DNA of 64,000 nt, taken from contig CAVZDU010000001.1 in NCBI GenBank assembly GCA_963774265.1, positions 672,001-736,000 of the forward strand. The letters run 5' to 3'. Source of the stretch: an uncultured Chloroflexia bacterium. GTDB taxonomy: Bacteria; Chloroflexota; Anaerolineae; CG2-30-64-16. The position numbers and the translations under genes are program-made. The first letter of the stretch is position 1. Every line of letters starts with the position of its first letter. The notes beneath the pieces were generated by a model. That model had not been told where the DNA came from and ran no database searches. It was given only the letters and a program-made list of their open reading frames with translations. Positions 1 to 10,794 of the stretch are shown here, one piece after another.

Positions 1-1107
1 CGTGCGGAGGATGTATGCGTAATCGCCCATCGCCAGGCTGAACACGCCAGGGATGGGTTCATGTTGGATCACCAGCGGATTGAATGCAGCCATGATCTCA
101 TCGTGGCTGTGGATGTAAGTCTTGTGGAATTTACGGCCCACGTAACAACAGTGGTACTTACGGGAGTAGTGATCGATGAAGCGGTTGTTCATAACGACGT
201 TGGCCCATCCCCAGTACAGGTCTACATCGCATGCGTAGTTGTACATGTCGAGGATCGGACCGCCCGGCGGCCTGACATTGACCTCCAGCGCGACGAGCTC
301 ACCATTCGGTTTGCGGAAGAACTCCAGGTGAAAGAAACGCTCTCGTAGGTCAAGCCCCTTGAGGATGCGACGGCCGGCCTCCTCCAGGTCGACCGGGATC
401 TCGCGGTGCGTGTAGAAGTAGATGTCTTGGTCTTCGTTGACGGTCTCCATAACGCCGCGGCTGTATTGGAGCGAGCCGAAAAAGACGGGATTGCCGTCCT
501 GGTCGGTCAGGCCGTCGAAGGTGCAGATGATGCCTTGGACGAATTCTTCCAACAGGTACTCGACCGGGGGCTTTGTGGCGAAGAAGCGTTCGAGGTCTGC
601 CAGGTTGTCAAGGCGGAACGTGTTCGCAGCCCCGACGCCGACGTCGGGTTTAGCAACCACGGGAAAACCCGTCTCTGCGATCAGGGTGCGGGCTTCACCA
701 AGGTTCTGGCAGATCGCCCCTTTGGCCCTTGGGACGCCCATGCGCTGGTACGCGGCTTTCATCAGCGACTTATGCTTGAACTGCGCCATTTCCGCAAGGC
801 GCGGTCCCCACACATTGAAGTCTGTGCGGAGACGGCCTTCGGTCTCCATCCAGTACTCCGTGTGGGAATCCAGGCGTGTAATCTTGCCGAAGCGGTGGGT
901 GAAGTAGCCGCAGGCGCGCAGCAAATCGTCGTAATTGTGCATGTCGCCCACCCGGTAGTAGTCCGCCAGGTGTGCGCGCAGCTCTGGCCGTAGGACATCG
1001 TACGTTTCATCGCCTAATCCCAGCACGTTGGCGCCCAGACGCGCCAGATTCACGCAGAAGAGATAGTAGTTAGGCGGAAAGTTCGGAGACAGGTACACGC
1101 AGTTCAT
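1..1107 (-). CDS. ATP-grasp domain protein (carbamoyl-phosphate-synthase-like ligase), runs off the window edge
   Basis: Not in the ORF track because it is truncated. Manual minus-strand translation from ATG 1107 (GGGAGGG RBS): MNCVYLSPNFPPNYYLF...GFPVVAKPDVGVGA...LLEEFVQG...FFHLEFF...LEVNVRPPGG, matching ATP-grasp motifs. Confidence 0.8.
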   Translation of the reverse strand, partial: MNCVYLSPNFPPNYYLFCVNLARLGANVLGLGDETYDVLRPELRAHLADYYRVGDMHNYDDLLRACGYFTHRFGKITRLDSHTEYWMETEGRLRTDFNVWGPRLAEMAQFKHKSLMKAAYQRMGVPRAKGAICQNLGEARTLIAETGFPVVAKPDVGVGAANTFRLDNLADLERFFATKPPVEYLLEEFVQGIICTFDGLTDQDGNPVFFGSLQYSRGVMETVNEDQDIYFYTHREIPVDLEEAGRRILKGLDLRERFFHLEFFRKPNGELVALEVNVRPPGGPILDMYNYACDVDLYWGWANVVMNNRFIDHYSRKYHCCYVGRKFHKTYIHSHDEIMAAFNPLVIQHEPIPGVFSLAMGDYAYILRT

Positions 1108-1158
1108 ATCCCCTCCCGGGGTGCAGCGCGGTCAATCAGTCAGTCGGAGAATGAGAGG

Positions 1159-1187
1159 ATTGTAACGTTCTTGCGTTCTCATGTCAA
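1159..1187 (-). promoter_or_regulatory. sigma70-type promoter for the ATP-grasp gene
   Basis: Minus strand TTGACA-17 bp-TACAAT. Confidence 0.7.
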
Positions 1188-1224
1188 CGCACCTCGTTCG
1201 CTTGAGAGCATGTATAATGGGCCG

Positions 1225-1911
1225 ATGCAGATGACACCATACGACACCACCGATGTGCAAGCTTGGGCCGCCGCGATTTATGACCGGCTTCTCGTCGCCT
1301 ACGGTGAGCCGTCTTGGCGTGCGTTCTATGCGCCGATGGACGAGCTGGTTCTGACGTTCCTGAGCCAGAATACCAGTGATCTGAACTCCGGGCGCGCATT
1401 TCAAGCGTTGAGGACGCGCTTCCCCGATTGGCAGGCGGTGATCGATGCGCCGGTGGAGGAGCTAGCGGAGGCGATCCGTTCGGGAGGCTTGGCGTACCAG
1501 AAGGCCCCGCGCATACAGAAGGCATTGCGACGCATCTTGGAGGAACGCGGGGACTTCAACATCGATTTCCTGGCAGATTTTCCGGTTGCCGAGGCCACAC
1601 GCTGGCTGACGTCATTCGATGGCATCGGGCATAAGACCGCATCGATCGTGATGCTGTTTTGTTTCGGTAAGGCAGCGTTTCCTGTGGACACGCACGTCGG
1701 CCGCGTGACGCGGCGTTTGGGATTAGCTGCACCTAAGGACACGGAGGAGAAGATTAAGGGACTGTGGGAGCGAATGGCGCCCCCCGAGTGGTACTATCCG
1801 CTGCATCTGAACCTGATTCGCCACGGTCGGGAGGTATGTCACGCCTCCCGACCCGAGTGTGGACGCTGTGTGCTGAGTGACCTCTGTCGCTATGAGGCGA
1901 AGAGGGACTGA
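1225..1911 (+). CDS. nth: Endonuclease III / HhH-GPD DNA glycosylase with 4Fe-4S cluster
   Basis: LSQNTSD, HhH GIGHKTA, FPVDTHVGRV, C-terminal GREVC-x6-C-xx-C-x5-C. TATAAT at 1213-1218 favours a start at ATG 1225. Confidence 0.85.
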   Translation: MQMTPYDTTDVQAWAAAIYDRLLVAYGEPSWRAFYAPMDELVLTFLSQNTSDLNSGRAFQALRTRFPDWQAVIDAPVEELAEAIRSGGLAYQKAPRIQKALRRILEERGDFNIDFLADFPVAEATRWLTSFDGIGHKTASIVMLFCFGKAAFPVDTHVGRVTRRLGLAAPKDTEEKIKGLWERMAPPEWYYPLHLNLIRHGREVCHASRPECGRCVLSDLCRYEAKRD

Positions 1912-2076
1912 GGAACAATCCTTCCCGGTCGCACAGATATGTCAACAAGAACGAAAAATCGAACCTTTACAGATTCCTGCTTTTGGGGTAAAATCCGCAA
2001 CACGGCGCGAGCCATCCCACTTGCCAGCGGTGTCCTCGCCCCACTGGAAATACACACGAGTGCCAACGGAGACGCC

Positions 2077-3570
2077 ATGCATCGGAACTACATCGCCGGC
2101 CAGTGGGTCCAGGCGGTGTCTGGCGAAACTTTCACGTCAACCAATCCGGCGAACGGACAGTTGATCGGTGAGGCGCCCAAGGGTGGGCGCGAAGATGTGG
2201 AACGAGCGGTTGCGGCGGCGGTGGAAGCATTTCCCAAATGGCGAAAAGTTCCGGCGCCCAAACGTGGGGAGATTCTTTTTCGAGTGGGCCGCCTGTTGGA
2301 AGACAACAAGGAGCGCTTGGCCCAACTCTTGACAAAGGAAATGGGCAAGGTGATCGCCGAAGCGCGCGGCGACGTCCAGGAGGCCATTGACATGGCCTAT
2401 TACATGGGCGGCGAGGGCCGGCGGCTGTTTGGCTACACAGCGCCTGTTGAGCTGCCCAACAAATTCGGAATGGCGCTGCGAGACCCTGTCGGTGTGGTTG
2501 CTGTTGTCACCCCGTGGAACTTTCCCATCGCGATTCCTAGCTGGAAGATCCTGCCCGCGCTGATTGCTGGCAATACAGTTGTTTTTAAACCGGCATCGGA
2601 TACCCCGATCCTGGCGATCGAGTTTGTACGTCTCTTCGAGGAGGCGGGGCTGCCATCTGGCGTGTTGAACATCGTGACCGGCCCCGGGGGTGCGGTCGGA
2701 GAGGCGCTGGTTTCGCACCACGCGGTCAAAGTGGTGTCTTTCACCGGCAGCACCGAAGCGGGCAAGCGCGTGTCTGCACTGGCCGCTCCCACCTTGAAAA
2801 AGGTCTGTTTGGAGCTCGGCGGCAAGAACGCCATCATCGTGATGGACGACGCCAACCTGGATCTGGCTGTGGATGGCATCCTGTGGTCCGCGTTCGGTAC
2901 TGCGGGACAGCGCTGCACTGCCTGCTCGCGGGTCATCGTTCAGAAGGGCGCGCACAAGGCGCTGATCGACCTGTTGGTGGCCCGCACCGAGAAACTCCAG
3001 GTAGGCGATGGTTTGCTGGAGGCCACCGATGTGGGCCCGATCATCAGCCGTCGCGCGCTTGAGGGCATCCACAACTATGTGGAGATCGGCCAGGCCGAAG
3101 GGGCGGTGCGTGTAACCGGCGGCAAGATCCTGGCCGACGGGGAACTGGCCAGGGGTAACTTTTACGCGCCGACGATCTTCGACGATGTGCTGCCAAACAT
3201 GCGGTTAGCCCAGGAAGAGATCTTCGGGCCGGTGCTCAGCGTGATTGAGGCGAAGGACCTGCCCGACGCAATTCGCATCAATAACGAAACGCCGTATGGT
3301 CTATCCAGCTCGATCTTCACCGCCCACGTCAATGCGGCATTCGAAGCTATCCGCGACTTGAGCACGGGGATCGTCTATATCAACGCTGGCACCATCGGTG
3401 CAGAGATCCAATTCCCCTTCGGTGGCACGCGCGGAACCGGCAACGGTCACCGCGAGGCCGGCCAGGCCGCGTTTGAGGTGTTCACCGAGTGGAAGTCAGT
3501 GTACGTCGATTACAGCGGCCGCCTCCAACGGGCGCAGATTGATACGGATAACCTGGTCGATATGGCGTGA
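2077..3570 (+). CDS. NAD-dependent aldehyde dehydrogenase family protein
   Basis: TPWNFP, FTGSTE, LELGGKN, catalytic GQRCTA, EEIFGPV, PFGG; GGAG RBS before ATG 2077. Confidence 0.92.
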   Translation: MHRNYIAGQWVQAVSGETFTSTNPANGQLIGEAPKGGREDVERAVAAAVEAFPKWRKVPAPKRGEILFRVGRLLEDNKERLAQLLTKEMGKVIAEARGDVQEAIDMAYYMGGEGRRLFGYTAPVELPNKFGMALRDPVGVVAVVTPWNFPIAIPSWKILPALIAGNTVVFKPASDTPILAIEFVRLFEEAGLPSGVLNIVTGPGGAVGEALVSHHAVKVVSFTGSTEAGKRVSALAAPTLKKVCLELGGKNAIIVMDDANLDLAVDGILWSAFGTAGQRCTACSRVIVQKGAHKALIDLLVARTEKLQVGDGLLEATDVGPIISRRALEGIHNYVEIGQAEGAVRVTGGKILADGELARGNFYAPTIFDDVLPNMRLAQEEIFGPVLSVIEAKDLPDAIRINNETPYGLSSSIFTAHVNAAFEAIRDLSTGIVYINAGTIGAEIQFPFGGTRGTGNGHREAGQAAFEVFTEWKSVYVDYSGRLQRAQIDTDNLVDMA

Positions 3571-3586
3571 TCTAAGGAGACCATTC

Positions 3587-3808
3587 ATGACTGATGTGCC
3601 GACCCCGACCGTGATGCGTGACGCGGAATACCGCCAGCTCAAGCAGATTACGATTCGGGAAGATGATGACATTGCGAAAGTCAATGAGCTATTGGCTGAT
3701 GGCTGGCGCGTCCTGAGTATAGGGCAACGGAGCGACGCGACAGTGTACGTTTTGGGCCGGACGGAAGAGAAGCAAAGGTCGCGCACGGGATTTTTGCCCG
3801 CCAATTGA
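3587..3808 (+). CDS. Small hypothetical protein (73 aa)
   Basis: AAGGAG RBS, ATG 3587; NELLADGWRVLSI resembles small beta/alpha domains (DUF4177-like). Confidence 0.6.
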   Translation: MTDVPTPTVMRDAEYRQLKQITIREDDDIAKVNELLADGWRVLSIGQRSDATVYVLGRTEEKQRSRTGFLPAN

Positions 3809-3847
3809 CGCTCTCATTACACACTTGCGCCGCGGTGCGGTGAGGAA

Positions 3848-4513
3848 GTGGCTCTTATGAAGATTGATGACGCCGCGATGCGGATAGAAAATGACCTGCC
3901 CGAAGAGCTGAAGAAAAGCGTCTTTTTGACCACGGTCGACAATGTCTACAATTGGGGCCGTGCCCGTTCCATGTGGCCGATGATGTTCGGCCTGGCCTGC
4001 TGCGCCATCGAGATGATCGCAGTGCAGGCCGCGCGCTTCGATCTGAGCCGCTTTGGCATGGAGATCATGCGCGCCTCGCCGCGACAGGCCGACCTGATGA
4101 TTGTCTCCGGCACGGTCACCAAAAAGATGATGCCCAACATCGTGCGCCTCTACAACCAGATGGCCGAGCCCAAATACGTGCTGGCCATGGGCGCATGTGC
4201 GACATCGGGCGGTCCTTTCAAAGAGGGTTACAACGTCGTCTCCGGCGTCGACAAGTTCGTCCCGGTTGACGTTTATGTGCCTGGCTGCCCGCCCACACCC
4301 GAGGCGTTGCTGTATGGGGTCATGCAGGTGCACAAGAAGGTGTTCCGGCAGTCGGTCAAGACGGCGCCCTGGTACCGCAAAGACGAGCTTAACGAGCCAC
4401 TGCCCGTGCCCGTGTTGGGGCCGGATTTGTATAACCCGAAGGACCGCGAGGCGCTGAAGAAGCTGGCCGACCAGCGCACCAGTCCTGTGGACGCGGCCCG
4501 TGAGCAGGCGTGA
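3848..4513 (+). CDS. nuoB: NADH:quinone oxidoreductase subunit B
   Basis: [35 protein letters not shown]. Confidence 0.95.
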   Translation: MALMKIDDAAMRIENDLPEELKKSVFLTTVDNVYNWGRARSMWPMMFGLACCAIEMIAVQAARFDLSRFGMEIMRASPRQADLMIVSGTVTKKMMPNIVRLYNQMAEPKYVLAMGACATSGGPFKEGYNVVSGVDKFVPVDVYVPGCPPTPEALLYGVMQVHKKVFRQSVKTAPWYRKDELNEPLPVPVLGPDLYNPKDREALKKLADQRTSPVDAAREQA

Positions 4514-4525
4514 GGGAGACGTGTA

Positions 4526-6267
4526 ATGACTGCACCCGTTGAGACCGTGATGCAAACCCTCCCGTACAATGATGCCATCCCTGGCGCGGTCCTGGAACAG
4601 GTCAAGACCGGCCTGGTTGTGGCGCCGGATCGTGTTACGGAGTTGGCGCGTTATCTGCGCGACCAGCAAGGCTATGACTACTGCTCGATGGTGACGAGTG
4701 TTGATTGGCCGCAGTACTTCGAAGTGGTGTATTACCTGTTTGGCGTGGCCCAGCCCAAGGACGCGCTCGTGCTCCGCGTCCGGCTGACCGACAAGGCCAA
4801 CCCCGTCATGCCTTCGCTGACGTCCAATTTGGCCCGGCGCAGACTTCCAGGAACGCGAAGTCTACGACATGATGGGGATTCGCTTCGAGGGACACCCCAA
4901 TCTGCGGCGCATTCTCCTTTGGGACGGGTTTGAAGGCTATCCCCTGCGTAAGGATTACAAGGAATCGTACTACGAGGAGGATTTCAAGCCTTTCAAGAGC
5001 CGGCATCCCGATGGTCACCACGCTTGGGCCGAAGACCGCGTACCCTGGAAAGACAACGTGAGCTATCCGGTAGACTGGGATCCGGATCTGTGGACCTCCC
5101 CCCAGGTGGAATACCGTCGGATCATGGGCGTGGACAAACTCGCCAGGAATGGTGCGGATATCCGCACCGAGCGCATCCTGGTCAATATGGGGCCCCAGCA
5201 CCCCACGACGCATGGCGTGTTCCGTATGATCATCGCGATCGAAGGCGAGAACGTAGTGGGGCTGGAGCCGGAGATAGGCTACCTGCACCGCTGCCACGAG
5301 AAGATCGGCGAGCGCAACACCTACGTCATGAATATCCCCTTTACCGACCGCTTGGATTACATCAGTTCCATGTCCAACAACCTGGGCTACGTGTTGGCGG
5401 TGGAGAAACTGATGGGTCTTCAGGTCCCGGAACGGGCTGAGTATCTCCGCATTATCATGGCGGAGTTCACCCGGATCATCAGCCACTTCATCGCGGTGGG
5501 CTTCCTGTTCAACGATCTGGGCGCGTATTTCACGCCCGCCCTCTATGGTATGCGAGAGCGCGAGCTGATCCTCGACCTCTTCGAGGGGGTCGCGGGCAGC
5601 CGGATGATGTGCAACTACATGCGCTTTGGTGGCGTCGCGGGTGATCTGCCCGAGGGTTGGATCGAGCGTGCGCGCGAACTGGTGTGGAACCGCCTGCCCC
5701 GCGTGATGGGGGACTTCGAGAATCTGCTTTCAGGCAACGAGATCTTCCTGACCCGCACCCGGGGAACTGGCGTGCTCACCAGGGAGGAAGCCATCGCCTA
5801 CAGCATGGCGGGACCGATGTTGCGCGCCTCGGGTGTGCCGTACGATCTTCGTAAGGTTGCGCCATACTCGATCTACGACCGTTTTGAGTTTGATGTGTGT
5901 AGCAGACCAGAGGGCGACGTATGGGCCCGCTTCCGTGTTCGCATGGACGAGATCTACCAGAGTCTGCGCATCCTGAAGCAAGCCATCGAGCAACTGCCCG
6001 AGGGTCCGATCATGCCCCCGGGCAAGAAGCAGCACCAGGTTCGGGTGCCGGCGGGCGAGGCCTACTCGCGCGATCGAAGGACCAAAGGGCGAACTCGGCT
6101 TTTTCGTTGTGTCTGATGGCAAGCCCAACCCATACCGTTACCATGTTCGCGCCCCAACCTTTATCAACTTGACCAGCCTCGAGAAGATGACCATCGGCCA
6201 CAAGATTGCCGACGCCGTGGTGATTCTCGGTGCAATCGACATCGTGCTGGGCGAAGTGGATCGGTAG
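4526..6267 (+). CDS. nuoCD: Fused NADH:quinone oxidoreductase subunit C/D; indels near 4830 and 6070
   Basis: Nuo[24 protein letters not shown] continuous with Nuo[17 protein letters not shown] and C-terminal [14 protein letters not shown] (6265-6267); no NiFe CxxC motifs. Confidence 0.9.
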
Positions 6268-6276
6268 GAGGCAACC

Positions 6277-7393
6277 ATGTTTGGATCCGGGGTGCTCAAG
6301 GGCCTGGGCGTCACGCTCAAAGAGTTCTTGGCGACTTATATCGACGACATCAAGCAGATCCCCAGCCGGTATTCTGGCGGCAAGGAAGTGATCGATCAGA
6401 GCAAGGTCGGGGAGCAGGAGGGTCTGTTCACGATCCAGTACCCGGAAGAGCGGCGCAAGTTGCCCGAGCGCTTCCGGTACATCCCCATGCTGCTCTACGA
6501 GACCAACGCTGAGACGGGGGTCAAAGAGGACCGCTGCACCGCGTGCGGCATCTGCGCCAAGGTCTGCCCGCCGCAATGTATCTGGATCGTGCGCGACAAG
6601 GACGAGAACGGCAAACCGATCACTCGGCCGGCTGAATTCTATATTGATTCGTCGATCTGCATGAACTGCGGCCTGTGTGCGGAGTTCTGCCCGTTCGACG
6701 CGATCAAGATGAACCATGACTTCGAGATTGCGGCATATAAACGGATGCCGCATCTGGTCTTCGATCTCGAAGAACTCAGCGTGCCGGTCAGCTACTATGC
6801 CGCGTATCCGGCCTACCGACTACGCAGACGAGGAGGCGGCCCGGAAGGCTAAGGAGAGCGAAAAGGCGGCAGCAAAGCCAGCGAAACCCGCTGCAACAGC
6901 GGCAGCGCCGGCCGCGGTGCGCGAGACGCCCGCTGCTCCGCCCCCCCCTGCGGTCATCGAACTGGTGCCTGCAGCACCTGCCAGGCGGACTCCCGAAGAG
7001 ATCGAGCGCCTGAAGGCCGAGGCTGCGGCCCGACGCGCCGCCAAGGCCGAGGGTGACGAGGCTGCGACAACGGCGGCCGCACCTGCGGCTGCACCTGCAG
7101 CTGCGCCTGCAGGCGAAGCTCCTGCTGGCGTCGGTGGCAAGCGGTCACCTGAAGAGATCGAGCGCTTGAAGGCCGAGGCGGCCGCTCGCCGCGCAGCGAA
7201 GGCCGCTGGCGAAGCACCGCCTGCAGCCGAGACCGCACCTGCGCCTGAACCCGCTGCCCCACCGCCACCATCGCCAACACCGGCAGCCTCAGCGGGCCGC
7301 AACCGTTCACCCGAGGAAATCGAGCGGTTGAAAGCCGAAGCGGCCGCACGGCACGCGGCCAAGGCTGCCCAGGGCGGTGATGAACAGAAGTAG
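6277..7393 (+). CDS. nuoI: NADH:quinone oxidoreductase subunit I with long Ala/Pro-rich repeat tail; indel near 6805
   Basis: [35 protein letters not shown]; tail continues in frame 6716..7393. Confidence 0.85.
6985..7372 (+). repeat. Three coding repeats R(T/S)[14 protein letters not shown](R/H)AAKA
   Basis: Copies begin near 6986, 7142 and 7304, separated by Ala/Pro-rich linkers. Confidence 0.9.
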
Positions 7394-7434
7394 TCTGGGC
7401 GAGAGCCCATGACGGTTGGATAAGGAGTGATTGG

Positions 7435-7902
7435 ATGGCAACTGCCGCACTGATCATCGCAATTTTGGCGCTGCTCGTCGCCTTTCTTGCCTTTCAGCGG
7501 GTCCGTGGCCTGCAGGAACGGCTAGAGCGCACGACGAGCCAGCTTTTTGAGTTACGAAATACCGTCAGCGCCACAAGTGAAGCGCTGGAGAGCCGCCTGA
7601 CCGATGTGCGTCTGGGCTTGCGCCGTCAGAGCGGCGAAACGATCTTCAACCCCGCGATGACGATCGCTGAAGCGATGAGTGTGCATCCGCGCGTCTCTGA
7701 GGTATTGGCGAGTTTCCAGCTGGGCGGCTGCTCGCATTGCGCTGTGAGCGACGTGGATACCATCCAGGGCGCGTGCCAGACATACGGCATCGACCAGGCC
7801 GCGTTGATGGACGCCCTTAACGGACTGGTATTAGGCAGCAGTGGCGGCGCGGCCGGACCCGCGGGTAGTGGCAAGATTTCAAATGTGAAGGTGAGTTTCT
7901 AA
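7435..7902 (+). CDS. Membrane-anchored coiled-coil protein with C-terminal DUF1858-like (redox CxxC) domain
   Basis: N-terminal TM helix; [11 protein letters not shown]...GGCSHC...[12 protein letters not shown] pattern of DUF1858/ScdA-N. Confidence 0.7.
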   Translation: MATAALIIAILALLVAFLAFQRVRGLQERLERTTSQLFELRNTVSATSEALESRLTDVRLGLRRQSGETIFNPAMTIAEAMSVHPRVSEVLASFQLGGCSHCAVSDVDTIQGACQTYGIDQAALMDALNGLVLGSSGGAAGPAGSGKISNVKVSF

Positions 7903-7908
7903 GATTCG

Positions 7909-8280
7909 ATGTATCCAAAAGCAGAGCTTCTATTCCCACCAAGGCTGATCCCAGTCCTGAAGAACCTGCGCGGTCCGGAGTGGGCCGCGCTCGTCGATCG
8001 CGTGGCGAAACTACCGGAGACGGAACCGGACAGCCTGGCGTTTTCACTGATGATGATCCGCCTTGATGGCTGCGTGAAATGCCATGAGGGCAGCTTCAAG
8101 TACATGCGCGGTTGCCACCTGTGTGCGACGCAAACGGTCATGCAGTTCAAAGGGACCGACAATGACCTGGTTCTGCTCTATCTCAAAGCCCGGCGCGACA
8201 TCGATTCGTATCTTTCGGGTGAGCCGGTTATGGAAGACGACGTGCCAGAGGTGCTGACCGAAGAACCCGATCAGATATAG
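7909..8280 (+). CDS. Hypothetical protein with two CxxC motifs
   Basis: CVKCH and CHLC; 6 bp after the upstream gene. Confidence 0.65.
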   Translation: MYPKAELLFPPRLIPVLKNLRGPEWAALVDRVAKLPETEPDSLAFSLMMIRLDGCVKCHEGSFKYMRGCHLCATQTVMQFKGTDNDLVLLYLKARRDIDSYLSGEPVMEDDVPEVLTEEPDQI

Positions 8281-8288
8281 GACGCATC

Positions 8289-9582
8289 ATGAGAATTGCA
8301 ATCGTCGGCGCAGGTATGGCTGGCCTGGCAGCTGCATACGACCTGAACAAGGCAGGTCACGAGGTCACTGTCTACGAGGCTGCTCCGGAGGTGGGCGGCC
8401 TCGCTTCTGGTTTTAAGGCCCCCCATTGGGATTGGACCCTTGAGAAGTTCTATCACCACTGGTTTGCGGGGGATAAGGACATGCTCGGCCTGATCGCTGA
8501 GCTCGGCTGGAGCGACAAGGTTATCTTCCGCCGGCCATACACCGTCGTGCTGCTACAATGGCAAGTTCCAGGCCTTGGACTCTTATGTCGAGGCGGTCAA
8601 GTTCACTCTGCGCAACTTCGGCGTGGTTGACCTCGTCCGATTTGGGTTGGTCGGCGTTTATCTCAAATTGACGTCTGACTGGCGGCCCCTGGAACGAGTG
8701 ACGGCGGATTCCTGGCTGCGCAAGTGGGTCGGTCCGCGTATCTACAACGCGATCTGGCGGCCGATGCTCGTCGGCAAGTTCGGCGAAGAAAATCTGAACG
8801 TTGTCAACATGGCCTGGTTCTGGGCGCGCATCAAGGCGCGCACGACTCGGCTTGGGACGTTCGCCGGCGGGTTCCAGCCGTTCCTCGACATGTTTGCAGA
8901 GGATCTTCGGCGTCGGAATGTCGACATCCGCCTGAAGTCGCCGATCACGGGTATCCGCAAGCAGGACGACGGCCTCCGGGTTGAAACCGCGGGTGGGGCG
9001 GAGACATACGATGCGGTCATTTCCACCAGTTCACCTGCGCTCATGGCGAAGCTCGCGCCCGATCTCCCCGACAGTTACTCGGCTGCCCTGCGTAATCTCA
9101 AGTCGATGGGTGCGGTGGTGCTTGTCGTCACGCTCGACCGCTCCCTCTCCCCGTACTACTGGCATAACCTGCCCAAAGAGGCCGGTTTTCCATTCCTGGC
9201 CCTGGTGGAGCACACCAACTTCATGGACCGGGAGCACTATGGCGGCGATCACATCATCTACTGCGGCGACTACCTGCAGCCGGATCACGAGTACTTCTCG
9301 CTGAGCAGGGATCAGCTCCTCGATCGATTCCTGCCCGCATTTCAGCGCGTCAATCCCGATTTCGATCGCAGCTGGGTCAGGGATGCATGGCTTTGGAAGA
9401 CACCCTACGCTCAGCCGGTGCCTCCCCTCAATCACTCGCAAAACATACCGCCATTACGCACACCCGTGCCGGGCCTCTACTTTGCCAGCATGAGCCAGGT
9501 GTACCCGTGGGATCGCGGCACGAATTATGCCGTGGAGATCGGGCGACGCGTCGCGCGAATGGTGTTGGAAGATTTCGCATAA
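8289..9582 (+). CDS. FAD-dependent oxidoreductase (amine oxidase/HemY-like); indel near 8550
   Basis: IVGAGMAGL Rossmann motif, EVGGLA, EKFYHH, C-terminal [11 protein letters not shown]. Confidence 0.8.
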
Positions 9583-9596
9583 GAAACGGAGACGAA

Positions 9597-10697
9597 ATGC
9601 TTTTCGGAAAGTCGAAAGACGTCACCTCTGACATGGTGCTCGGTGCACTCAAGCGCGTACAGGAGCCCGAGTTGCACCAAGACCTGGTGACGCTCAGTAT
9701 GGTGAAGGATATCCAGATGCAAGACGGCGACGTGACCTTTACCGTCACGTTGACGACTCCGGCTTGCCCTTTGAAATCGCAGATCGAGAGTGAAGCGAAG
9801 GCTGCAGTCCTGCAAGTCCCCGGCGTGAAGAACGTCACGGTGAAGTTTGACGCACAGGTGCGAGCGGATCATCGCATCAACTCCAAGCTGGACGTTCCGA
9901 TCAAGAACATCATCGCGGTGGCCAGCGGTAAGGGCGGCGTGGGCAAGACCACGATCGCGGCCAACCTGGCTGTGGCCTTGGCCCAGATGGGCGCCAAGGT
10001 CGGCATCCTTGATGCGGATATCTATGGCCCGAACGTGCCTATCGTCATGGGCGTCAACCACTTGGATGATGTCCAGTCGGATCAGATGGTGCCGCCCTAC
10101 GCGCACGGCATCCAGGTCATGTCCATCGGCTTCCTGGTGCCCGACGGCGAGGCGTTGGTCTGGCGCGGGCCGATGCTGCACAAGGCCATCGGGCAGTTGC
10201 TCACCGACGTCGCCTGGGGCGATCCCCAGGGGAAGACGCCGGACGAGCGGGAGCTCGACTATCTGATTGTGGATCTGCCCCCGGGAACGGGCGATGCGCA
10301 GATGAGCCTGGCCCAACTCGTGCCGCTGACGGGTGCGGTGATCGTGACCACGCCCCAGAATGTGGCCCTGGCCGACGCGACCCGCGGCATCACCGCCTTC
10401 AACCGGCTCGAAGTGCCTGTGCTTGGCTTGATTGAGAACATGGCTGGCGACGTGTTTGGCGTAGGCGGCGGTGAAACGGCTGCGAACAAGCTCAACATCC
10501 CGTTTTTGGGCCGTGTGAACCTGGCATCCGTTGTCCGCGAGAGCGGTGACAACGGTGAACCCGTCGTTGCCTGCTGCCCGGATACGGAACAGGCCGCAGT
10601 TTTCCGGCTGATCGCCCAACGAATTGCGGCGACCGTCAGCGTCCTGAACGCGCAGCGTCCTGCTGCACCGCGCACACCGATTAAGCTCGAACTTTAG
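9597..10697 (+). CDS. mrp: Mrp/ApbC/NBP35 P-loop ATPase with N-terminal DUF59 domain
   Basis: [46 protein letters not shown]. Confidence 0.9.
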   Translation: MLFGKSKDVTSDMVLGALKRVQEPELHQDLVTLSMVKDIQMQDGDVTFTVTLTTPACPLKSQIESEAKAAVLQVPGVKNVTVKFDAQVRADHRINSKLDVPIKNIIAVASGKGGVGKTTIAANLAVALAQMGAKVGILDADIYGPNVPIVMGVNHLDDVQSDQMVPPYAHGIQVMSIGFLVPDGEALVWRGPMLHKAIGQLLTDVAWGDPQGKTPDERELDYLIVDLPPGTGDAQMSLAQLVPLTGAVIVTTPQNVALADATRGITAFNRLEVPVLGLIENMAGDVFGVGGGETAANKLNIPFLGRVNLASVVRESGDNGEPVVACCPDTEQAAVFRLIAQRIAATVSVLNAQRPAAPRTPIKLEL

Positions 10698-10794
10698 GAT
10701 GGTGACCGTTTAGCGACTGAGGACACAGTGGGCTCGGAGCTTCCAGGACCTCCGGGCCCTAATTCCTGAAGTCTCTTGCAAAGGAGCAGAGGAA

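Noticed and set aside
61-993. Plus-strand ORFs at the window start and other long antisense ORFs (e.g. 10759..12291, 22581..23972, 48887..50203)
   Set aside because: Shadow frames of well-supported genes on the opposite strand in high-GC DNA
4526-6267. Group 4 NiFe hydrogenase large subunit
   Set aside because: Lacks both CxxC Ni-binding motifs and ends in NuoD-type GEVDR
6985-7372. CRISPR array or DNA repeat element
   Set aside because: Repeats are in-frame coding units with synonymous variation and long low-complexity spacers; no cas genes and no CRISPR array were seen in the window
8068-8085. CxxCH as a c-type heme site in the 123-aa protein
   Set aside because: No signal peptide or TM segment, and a second CxxC follows; a Zn or Fe-S site is more plausible
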